Assembly (NCBI GenBank): GCA_032718475.1
Contig: JAUCBJ010004906.1
Span: 1-64,000, forward strand
Direction of reading: 5' to 3'
DNA: 64,000 bases
Origin: Nemertoderma westbladi
Taxonomy: Eukaryota > Animalia > Xenacoelomorpha
The notes below the pieces were generated by a model that had not been told where the DNA came from, made no database searches, and saw only the letters and a program-made list of their open reading frames with translations. The position numbers and the translations under genes were made by a program. How positions within the stretch are numbered: position 1 is the stretch's first letter; the number at the start of each line of letters is the position of its first letter. Shown one piece after another: positions 24,101 to 36,100 of this stretch.

Positions 24101-27100
24101 TTTGATGAAATCTGTGCAAAATAAATTCATAATATCAAAAATATCTCACCCAGTTGGCCTCACAACACGGTTATATTTAAATGCATTAGTAACCCAGGGT
24201 TTAGTTAAAGTCATTAGTAACCCGGCGCCAGGGACAGACATTATTAACCTCGCAGGTCTAACATAGACTATAAACTCTACTTTACTATAATTTTTTACTT
24301 TTATCAAGTATTCCGCTTTCATACATACATGGGATTTCATTTTCCTACCATCTTCCACGTCAAGAACATCATCATCTGTTGTTATTCCCTCACCACCTGT
24401 GGCCTCTGCCACGCTCTCAAAGTCCTCCTCCTCAATGGGTACTGCTCCGAAGTCTTTAGATATAGTTCTGTAATAATAATCACGGTTTTAAATGATAGCA
24501 CACGTCACAGCATTGATACACTATTAGTACTATTATTAGTATATTATTATATTATTAGTACTATTAGCACTATTAGTACTACAAACAAACTGTAGAGATG
24601 ATCACTTAGTACAAACATGGACATGGATGGGCTGGTGGGGAGAATTGGACTCACAGGTCTGTAGAGATGATCACTAAGTACCAACCTGGACATGGATGGG
24701 CTGGTGGGGAGAATTGGACTCACTGGTCTGTAGAGATGATCACTAAGTACCAACCTGGACATGGATGGGCTGGTGGGGAGAATTGGACTCAGTGGTCTGT
24801 AGAGATGATCACTAAGTACCAACCTGGACATGGATGGGCTGGTAGGGAGAATTGGACTCGCTGGCATGTAGAGATGATCACTTTACACAAACCTGACATG
24901 GACGGGCTGGTAGGGAGAATTGGACTCGCTGGTCTGTAGAGATGATCACTAAGTACCAACCTGGACATGGATGGGCTGGTAGGGAGAATTTGACTCGCTG
25001 GCATGTAGAGATGATCACTTTACACAAACCTGACATGGACGGGCTGGTAGGGAGAATTGGACTCGCTGGTCTGTAGAGATGATCACTAAGTACCAACCTG
25101 GACATGGACGGGATGGTAGGGAGAATTGGACTCGCTGGTCTGTAGAGATGATCACTAAGTACCAACCTGGACATGGATGGGCTGGTAGGGAGAATTGGAC
25201 TCACTGGTCTGTAGAGATGATCACTAAGTACCAACATGGACATGGACGGGATGGTAGGGAGAATTGGACTCGCTGGTCTGTAGAGATGATCACTAAGTAC
25301 CAACCTGGACATGGATGGGCTGGTAGGGAGAATTGGACTCACTGGTCTGTAGAGATGATCACTAAGTACCAACCTGGACATGGATGGGCTGGTAGGGAGA
25401 ATTGGACTCACTGGTCTGTAGAGATGATCACTAAGTACCAACCTGGACATGGATGGGCTGGTAGGGAGAATTTGACTCGCTGGCATGTAGAGATGATCAC
25501 TTTACACAAACCTGACATGGACGGGCTGGTAGGGAGAATTGGACTCGCTGGTCTGTAGAGATGATAACTTTACACAAACCTGACATGGACGGGCTGGTAG
25601 GGAGAATTGGACTCGCTGGTCTGTAGAGATGATCACTAAGTACCAACCTGGACATGGATGGGCTGGTAGGGAGAATTGGACTCGCTGGTCTGTAGAGATG
25701 ATCACTAAGTACCAACCTGGGCATGGATGGGCTGGTAGGGAGAATTGGACTCGCTGGTCTGTAGAGATGATCACTAAGTACCAACCTGGACGTGGACATG
25801 GATGGGCTGGTAGGGAGAATTGGACTCGCTGGTCTGTAGAGATGATCACTTAGTACAAACCTGGACATGGATGGGCTGGTGGGGAGAATTGGACTTGCTG
25901 GTCTGTAGAGATGATCACTAAGTACCAACCTGGACATTGATGGGCTGGTAGGGAGAATTGGACTCGCTGGTCAGTAGAGATGATCACTAAGTACCAACCT
26001 GGACATGGATGGGCTGGTAGGGAGAATTGGACTCGCTTGTCTGTAGAGATGATCACTAAGTACCAACCTGGACATGGATGGGCTGGTAGGGAGAATTGGA
26101 CTCGCTGGTCAGTAGAGATGATCACTAAGTACCAACCTGGACATGGACGGACTGGTAGGGAGAATTGGACTCGCTGGTCTGTAGAGATGATCACTTAGTA
26201 CAAACCTGGACATGGATGGGCTGGTGGGGAGAATTGGACTCGCTGGTCTGTAAAGATGATCACTTAGACGACATCGGTGGTTTTGAGCTTCAACAGTGTT
26301 CAACACTATTTGTATTAAGGATTCAACTGTTTTAGAAGTCGTTACAACGTCCAGTCTGTATTTGTACAATATCACCAGAAGACTTAGCAGCCATTGAGTT
26401 CTAAACGTGAGAAATTCATAGTATAAAAGCTGTCCAAAACCAACGGCCATGGCATCGCGCTATCTATATATAATCGGCATGGCGATTGGCAGCTGTTTTA
26501 AGAAATGCTAGAGGGCGGTCTATCTATAAAATTGTAGCTTTCGCAAAGGTTATCAGCATATTCAACGGTAGTTTTAATACTAGGCGCCTTGAGAATGTTT
26601 ATTGGGTTGTCCACCATGCTGATTCACTCCATGAGAAGTGAATAAGCACGAGATGAGCAAAGGGTGGTCGTCATAGCAAGACATGCTCTTTACATATTCA
26701 CATGCCCAAAATGGAGTGGGGCGACATTCACACATAAAATATGGCATTGTGACACTCCCAAATACAATGCAGTGACGAGTAACTGTTCAGGTACAACCTC
26801 TAAGGAAACCCTATGGATGGCTGCTTACCTCATGTACGTAGGTAGAAGACGCAATGTGTAATCGGGTTTCCGACACTCTCCCATAAGCGGTTGGGGAGAG
26901 GGTGAATATTGTAAGACCTCGAGTGTAATGTGCATCAGTTGGGTTCCCATACGGACATTGTGGTCGAAGACGCGGGGCAGACCGGCGATGAATGCGTTGA
27001 ATATGGTGTTAGTTCGGAGGTTCGCTGGGGTAATATGGAAACATTTGTCGTACTGTTGGTAACCTGTGAGATAAAGTAGACGTGGAAACATTTGTCGTAC

Positions 27101-30100
27101 TGTTGGTAAGCTGTGAGATAAAGTAGATGTGTAAACATTTGTCGTACTGTTGGTAACCTGTGAGATAAATGAGACGTGGAAACATTTGTCGTACTGTTGG
27201 TAACCTGTGAGATAAAGTAGATGTGTAAACATTTGTCGTACTGTTGGTAACCTGTGAGATAAAGTAGACGTGGAAACATTTGTCGTACTGTTGGTAACCT
27301 GTGAGATAAATGAGACGTGGAAACATTTGTCGTACTGTTGGTAATCTGCGAGATAAATGAGACGTGGAAACATTTGTCGTACTGTTGGTAATCTGCGAGA
27401 TAAAGTAGATGTGTAAACATTTGTCGTATTGTTGGTAACCTGTGAGATAAAGTAGATGTGTAAACATTTGTCGTATTGTTGGTAACCTATGAGATAAATG
27501 AGACGTGGAAACATTTGTCGTACTGTTGGTAACCTGTGAGATAAAGTAGATGTGTAAACATTTGTCGTACTGTTGGTAACCTGTGAGATAAATGAGACGT
27601 GGAAACATTTGTCGTACTGTTGGTAACCTGTGAGATAAAGTAGATGTGTAAACATTTGTCGTATTGTTGGTAACCTGTGAGATAAATGAGACGTGGAAAC
27701 ATTTGTCGTACTGTTGGTAATCTGCGAGATAAAGTAGATGTGTAAACATTTGTCGTATTGTTGGTAACCTGTGAGATAAAGTAGATGTGTAAACATTTGT
27801 CGTACTGTTGGTAACCTGTGAGATAAATGAGACGTGGAAACATTTGTCGTACTGTTGGTAATCTGCGAGATAAAGTAGATGTGTAAACATTTGTCGTATT
27901 GTTGGTAACCTGTGAGATAAAGTAGATGTGTAAACATTTGTCGTATTGTTGGTAACCTGTGAGATAAAGTAGATGTGTAAACATTTGTCGTACTGTTGGT
28001 AACCTGTGAGATAAAGTAGATGTGTAAACATTTGTCGTATTGTTGGTAACCTGTGAGATAAAGTAGATGTGTAAACATTTGTCGTACTGTTGGTAACCTG
28101 TGAGATAAATGAGACGTGGAAACATTTGTCGTACTGTTGGTAATCTGCGAGATAAAGTAGATGTGTAAACATTTGTCGTGATGTTGGTAATCTGTGAGAT
28201 AAATGAGACGTGGAAACATTTGTCGTACTGTTGGTAATCTGCGAGATAAAGTAGATGTGTAAACATTTGTCGTGATGTTGGTAATCTGCGAGATAAAGTA
28301 GATGTGTAAACATTTGTCGTACTGTTGGTAACCTGTGAGATAAATGAGACGTGGAAACATTTGTCGTACTGTTGGTAATCTGCGAGATAAAGTAGATGTG
28401 TAAACATTTGTCGTATTGTTGGTAACCTGTGAGATAAATGAGACGTGGAAACATTTGTCGTACTGTTGGTAATCTGCGAGATAAAGTAGATGTGTAAACA
28501 TTTGTCGTATTGTTGGTAACCTGTGAGATAAAGTAGATATGGAAACATTTGTCGTACTGTTGGTAACCTGTGAGATAAAGTAGATGTGTAAACATTTGTC
28601 GTATTGTTGGTAACCTGTGAGATAAAGTAGATGTGTAAACATTTGTCGTACTGTTGGTAACCTGTGAGATAAATGAGACGTGGAAACATTTGTCGTACTG
28701 TTGGTAATCTGCGAGATAAAGTAGATGTGTAAACATTTGTCGTATTGTTGGTAACCTGTGAGATAAAGTAGATGTGGAAACATTTGTCGTACTGTTGGTA
28801 ACCTGTGAGATAAATGAGACGTGGAAACATTTGTCGTACTGTTGGTAATCTGCGAGATAAAGTAGATGTGTAAACATTTGTCGTATTGTTGGTAACCTGT
28901 GAGATAAAGTAGATATGGAAACATTTGTCGTACTGTTGGTAACCTGTGAGATAAAGTAGATGTGTAAACATTTGTCGTATTGTTGGTAACCTGTGAGATA
29001 AAGTAGATGTGTAAACATTTGTCGTATTGTTGGTAACCTGTGAGATAAAGTAGATGTGTAAACATTTGTCGTACTGTTGGTAACCTGTGAGATAAATGAG
29101 ACGTGGAAACATTTGTCGTACTGTTGGTAATCTGCGAGATAAAGTAGATGTGTAAACATTTGTCGTATTGTTGGTAACCTGTGAGATAAAGTAGATGTGT
29201 AAACATTTGTCGTATTGTTGGTAACCTGTGAGATAAAGTAGATGTGTAAACATTTGTCGTATTGTTGGTAACCTGTGAGATAAAGTAGATGTGTAAACAT
29301 TTGTCGTATTGTTGGTAACCTGTGAGATAAAGTAGATGTGTAAACATTTGTCGTATTGTTGGTAACCTGTGAGATAAAGTAGATGTGTAAACATTTGTCG
29401 TATTGTTGGTAACCTGTGAGATAAAGTAGATGTGTAAACATTTGTCGTACTGTTGGTAACCTGTGAGATAAATGAGACGTGGAAACATTTGTCGTACTGT
29501 TGGTAATCTGCGAGATAAAGTAGATGTGTAAACATTTGTCGTATTGTTGGTAACCTGTGAGATAAAGTAGATGTGTAAACATTTGTCGTATTGTTGGTAA
29601 CCTGTGAGATAAAGTAGATGTGTAAACATTTGTCGTACTGTTGGTAACCTGTGAGATAAATGAGACGTGGAAACATTTGTCGTACTGTTGGTAATCTGCG
29701 AGATAAAGTAGATGTGTAAACATTTGTCGTATTGTTGGTAACCTGTGAGATAAAGTATATGTGTAAACATTTGTCGTATTGTTGGTAACCTGTGAGATAA
29801 AGTAGATGTGTAAACATTTGTCGTACTGTTGGTAACCTGTGAGATAAATGAGACGTGGAAACATTTGTCGTACTGTTGGTAATCTGCGAGATAAAGTAGA
29901 TGTGTAAACATTTGTCGTATTGTTGGTAACCTGTGAGATAAAGTAGATGTGTAAACATTTGTCGTACTGTTGGTAATCTGCGAGATAAAGTAGATGTGTA
30001 AACATTTGTCGTACTGTTGGTAATCTGCGAGATAAAGTAGATGTGTAAACATTTGTCGTACTGTAACCTGTGAGATAAATGAGACGTGGAAACATTTGTC

Positions 30101-33100
30101 GTACTGTTGGTAATCTGCGAGATAAAGTAGATGTGTAAACATTTGTCGTGATGTTGGTAATCTGCGAGATAAAGTAGATGTGTAAACATTTGTCGTACTG
30201 TTGGTAACCTGTGAGATAAATGAGACGTGGAAACATTTGTCGTACTGTTGGTAATCTGCGAGATAAAGTAGATGTGTAAACATTTGTCGTACTGTTGGTA
30301 ATCTGCGAGATAAAGTAGATGTGTAAACATTTGTCGTGATGTTGGTAATCTGTGAGATAAATGAGACGTGGAAACATTTGTCGTACTGTTGGTAACCTGT
30401 GAGATAAATGAGACGTGGAAACATTTGTCGTACTGTTGGTAACCTGCGAGATAAAGTAGATGTGTAAACATTTGTCGTATTGTTGGTAACCTGTGAGATA
30501 AAGTAGATGTGGAAACATTTGTCGTACTGTTGGTAATCTGCGAGATAAAGTAGATGTGTAAACATTTGTCGTGATGTTGGTAATCTGTGAGATAAAGTAG
30601 ATGTGGAAACATTTGTCGTACTGTTGGTAATCTGCGAGATAAAGTAGATGTGTAAACATTTGTCGTGATGTTGGTAATCTGTGAGATAAATGAGACGTGG
30701 AAACATTTGTCGTACTGTTGGTAACCTGTGAGATAAAGTAGATGTGGAAACATTTGTCGTATTGTTGGTAACCTGTGAGATAAATGAGACGTGGAAACAT
30801 TTGTCGTACTGTTGGTAATCTGCGAGATAAAGTAGATGTGTAAATATTTGTCGTGATGTTGGTAATCTGCGAGATAAAGTAGATGTGTAAACATTTGTCG
30901 TACTGTTGGTAACCTGTGATAAAGATGGTCAGTAAAATAGAGATAAAGATCGCGAGATGCAAGGTCCTTCCTTTAATAATTCAATGTTTTGTAAATAAAC
31001 TGCCTAAATAAATACCTGCGACTTTTAAGCGCAAATATCTAAGCAATTTAACGACGATCTTTCACATAGTTTTACATTTAAAAGGGACGTACGTCAAATA
31101 ATAATATATATGTTATTAATAACTATTTATTGTACGGTAAATAAAATATGCTTTATTTACCGTTTTAGGGTTTTAGGGAGGTACATAAGTCTGATCGATG
31201 GGCGAAAAGGTAAATAACATGTTTTATTTATCGTACAATATGTAATTTTATTGTTAAAATCATCCTAATTACTGGATTATAATATTAAAAGATATTATTG
31301 TTTAATAAGTAATTAAACATTGCACCAGTCGCACGGAGTTATTCTTAGCTTCGTCCTTATTGTGATGTGTTGATACAAATAAATGGAAAGGTCGTTAATG
31401 TCGTTGAGAAATAGACTTCATAGAGTGCAGGTATTTGCATCCGTTACAGCATGCAGGGTAGGCCATTTATTATATTTAACAAAATACACAATATTCTGGA
31501 ACATATTATTTATTTGAAGATTATTAATTACTTGATGTCATTAAATAAATAAAATGCCCAGGAATAGTATTTATTACAGTACAAAGTTGGTTGATTCAAG
31601 AGCAATAATCTCCATTTACCAAGGTAAATAATGTAATTATTTACCGCTAGCCCATTGACTGAGCGGAAAATAATGTAAATTTTAACAATAAAGTTTATTA
31701 AATTCAATAACAGTCAGCCGAAGACGGAGACGACCCGAAGGCTCCTCTTTCGATAGCTGCTACCCGAAGGCAGGGGTGGGCGCTACTCCTATCTGCTACC
31801 CAAAGGTTAGGGGTGGGCGCTACTCCTACCTGCTACCCGAAGGTAGGGGTGGGCGCTACTCCTATCTGCTACCCGAAGGTAGGGGTGGGCGCTACTCCTA
31901 TCTGCTATCCGAAGGTAGGGGTGGGCGCTTCTCCTATCTGCTACCCGAAGGTAGGGGTGGGCGCTACTCCTATCTGCTACCCAAAGGTTAGGGGTGGGCG
32001 CTACTCCTATCTGCTACCCGAAGGTAGGGGTGGGCGCTACTCCTATCTGCTATTCGAAGGTAGGGGTGGGCGCTTCTCCTATCTGCTACCCGAAGGTAGG
32101 GGTGGGCGCTTCTCCTATCTGCTACCCGAAGGTAGGGGTGGGCGCTACTCCTATCTGCTACCCGAAGGTAGGGGTGGGCGCTACTCCTATCTGCTATCCG
32201 AAGGTAGGGGTGGGCGCTTCTCCTATCTGCTACCCGAAGGTAGGGGTGGGCGCTACTCCTATCTGCTACCCGAAGGTAGGGGTGAGCGCTACTCCTATCT
32301 GCTACCCAAAGGTTAGGGTTGGGCGCTACTCCTACCTGGTACCCAAAGGTTAGGGGTGGGCGCTACTCCTACCTGGTACCCGAAGGTAGGGGTGGGCGCT
32401 ACTCCTATCTGCTACCCGAAGGTAGGGGGTGGGCGCTACGCCTATCTGCTACCCAAGGGTAGGGGTGGGCGCTACTCCTATCTGCTACCCGAGGGTAGGG
32501 GTGGTCGCTACTCCTAATCTGCTACCCGAAGGTAGGGGTGGGCGCTACTCCTATCTGCTACCCGAAGGCAAGGGGGTGGCCGTTACTCCTATCTGCTACC
32601 CGAAGGTAGGGAGTGGGCGCTACGCCTATCTGCTACCCGAAGGTAGGGGTGGGCGCTACTCCTATCTGTTACCCGAAGGTAGGGGTGGGCGCTACTCCTA
32701 CCTGGTACGCGAAGGTAGGGGTGGGCGCTACTCCTATCTGCTACCCGAAGGTAGGGGTGGGCGCTACTCCTATCTGCTACCCGAAGGTAGGGGTGGGTGC
32801 TACTCCTACCTGGTACCCGAAGGTAGGGGTGGGCGCTACTCCTATCTGCTACCCGAAGGCAAGGGGGTGGCCGTTACTCCTATCTGCTACCCGAAGGTAG
32901 GGGTGGGCGCTACTCCTATCTGCTACCCGAAGGTAGGGGTGGGCGCTACTCCTACCTGGTACCCGAAGGTAGGGGTGGGCGCTACTCCTATCTGCTACCC
33001 GAAGGTAGGGGTGGGCGCTACTCCTACCTGGTACCCGAAGGTAGGGGTGGGCGCTACTCCTATCTGCTACCCGAAGGTAGGGGTGGGCGCTACTCCTATC

Positions 33101-36100
33101 TGTTACCCGAAGGTAGGGGTGGGCGCTACTCCTACCTGGTACCCGAAGGTAGGGGTGGGCGCTACTCCTATCTGCTACCCGAAGGTAGGGGTGGGCGCTA
33201 CTCCTATCTGCTACCCGAAGGTAGGGGTGGGCGCTACTCCTATCTGCTACCCGAAGGTAGGGGTGGGCGCTACTCCTATCTGTTACCCGAAGTTAGAGGT
33301 GGGCGCTACCCCTATCGGCTACCCGAAGGTAGGGGTGGGCGCTACTCCTATCTGCAACCCGAGGGTAGGGGTGGACGCTACTCCTATCTGCTACCCGAAG
33401 GTAGGGGTGGGCGCTACTCCTATCTGTTACCCGAAGGTAGGGGTGGGCGCTACTCCTATCTGCTACCCGAGGGTAGGGGTGGTCGCTACTCCTATCTGCT
33501 ACCCGAGGGTAGGGGTGGACGCTACTCCTATCTGCTACCCGAAGGTAGGGGTGGGCGCTACTCCTATCTGCTACCCGAGGGTAGGGGTGGTCGCTACTCC
33601 TATCTGCTACCCGAGGGTAGGGGTGGACGCTACTCCTATCTGCTACCCGAAGGTAGGGGTGGGCGCTACTCCTATCTGTTACCCGAAGGTAGGGGTGGGC
33701 GCTACTCCTACCTGGTACCCGAAGGTAGGGGTGGGCGCTACTCCTATCTGCTACCCGAAGGTAGGGGTGGGCGCTACGCCAATCTGCTACCCAAAGGTAG
33801 GGGTGGGCGCTACTCCTATCTGCTACCCGAGGGTAGGGGTGGTCGCTACTCCTAATCTGCTACGCGAAGGTAGGGGTGGGCGCTACTCCTATCCCAAGAT
33901 TTGCACCCAGTAATTCAATTGGTCTTCATAGTGTATAATAAATTGTAGAGTAAAAAAACTAAAGGCCATAGGAGCTGACAATAAGGGAGGTACTAGGGTA
34001 TAATCATATCACCACGATTCAATAACTCGTCACTTTTACTAGCCTCGCTTCGATCGGCCAATGCGGACTGACTCACATTGTAAGAATAATAATGGTAAAA
34101 AGCAAAAGAGTTACCAATGAATAAATAGTTAGTATCAAATTTATACAATATATTTATTATTATTATTGAGAAACCAACTAAATAATTTTAAATATTTATT
34201 ATAAACTAATATTTACTCAATACATAAGTTGTGGTTGAGTTATAAACATTAAATTAACAATACTTCATAAATAAGAAATAATTAGGATTTAAGGCAACTG
34301 ATAATTATTACTGGCAATTAAATAGCCTCAATTACTTTGGGCGAAGGACCCTCTTTACTGAGATAGGGGGCGGGGTGGGGTGTTGAATAACAGACTGACA
34401 TTAACCCCGCTAAAACAATGGCACAACAAGCACTGAATGCGTAGTTATTAAACTGACCTTTATTCAAAGCAGCTAAAGCATATCAATATTAAAATAATAT
34501 TATAGACAAAAAATGTATTTAAATAACAATAATACAGCGATACAAACTAAGCAATAACACTGTCTATACAAGTCTATAATGATGACGTCATAGTAACACA
34601 ATAGTAGTAGGAATGTTTGGCCTTGAGGTAGAAATAAAAGTTATAATGAAAACAAATATTCATTTACTAAGATATATTTCGTTTCTTACATTATGAGTGA
34701 TAGATAGAAAAACACTGGAGGCCAGGCCACGTTGGATGCAAGAAGGGAAGTGAAACTGAAACATAATACTACAATACAATACAATCAATATCCAGTCCGA
34801 TCATGGGTAGACTGGTAGAATAATTTTTGAAATAAGAATTACCGTATCTTATTTACGACAAAATTACCGGGCGAAGGAAGACATACAATACAGAGAAATA
34901 CAGATGGTATACAAACTGGTGACTGTATATAAACCAACAATCAATAGGCGACAGTCTGCTGGTCGGTAGGTTTCGTTTCAGACGGAACGCATTAGGAAGA
35001 GCCCAAACCAGGGAGTGAACTTATGGGTGGGGCGCCCAAAGGGAGAACCAACAAAAATGTAAGTATCGTATATGCGCAGTAATAGACTGCCCCTTTTTTT
35101 TACTTTATATAGCTGCGTGTGTGTACCAGTAAAACTTGGGGTATTTCGTCGAGAAAAAATATGAGAAGAGAAGAAAACAAATGTAGAGTTGATGGCTGGC
35201 GAACTATCTCATAAGAAAAAAAGTGCAGCGATTAGGTGTATGCTTAGTATATGCTTATGCTTATTGCTTAGGTGTTATTTTCCGTAGCACAAAGCTGGGA
35301 AAATCATAAAAAATAATGACCACAGGAATAACACAACAACACACATTATGTTACATATAAAACAATTGAATTGAATCATATTACCGGCTCATTAGATACG
35401 GACGGAGCAACAAATAATATCAACAGAGACTAAACGATTAATTAGCTCATTGTAAGAGAGTCTGTTTCCCTATAATAAAAGGACGCATTATTCAACCCCC
35501 ATGGTCTAATATAAAGACGCCCACAGTAACAGATGTCATAATAGCGTAGGATAGAGATAATGGTAACTGATGATAGTGAATGTTGTATTACGGTGGATAT
35601 TGGTGAATCTAGAATGGCACCGTTGGCGATTAGTTATTAGTTTATCTTAAAGATACCGAATGAATATAGATATTAGTTTAAGTATTGGTTTCACTTTCAC
35701 TCCACTTGTGAACACTTTGCGCCCAATAAATAAATCCGATTCCTATAATATCGACCCCTATACAGCCATGTCCACATTTTGTCATTCCGAGAAAAACGCT
35801 TTTTTAAGTTTTTGAATCGCGATGAATCGAAACATCATTATAATTGATAATGTTATATTTCAATGGAAATAAACGGCGTGATATCAACAAGTTTGGAATG
35901 TATTGCAAATGTTGACAACCAACACATGGCCCATTCTTACATAATTGAAACCCCCCCCCAAACATCACCGCATTTATTGTTATTATTAGGTAAATATAGT
36001 AAGTGTAGTAAAATAGACCTCCCCTATCTTTGTTAGGGTTATGCAGCTGTTACGTTACCTACCTATTAAACTCCCAATAAATTACAATTAAAATGGACCA

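Noticed and set aside
26825-30962. Three >1100-aa ORFs as novel repeat proteins
   Set aside because: They are read-throughs of a 47-bp array; only 26829-27063 has protein homology (unc-79 exon).
31757-33893. CRISPR array (36-bp repeats with a hairpin)
   Set aside because: Head-to-tail units with no unique spacers, no cas genes, eukaryotic context. The same applies to the other arrays.
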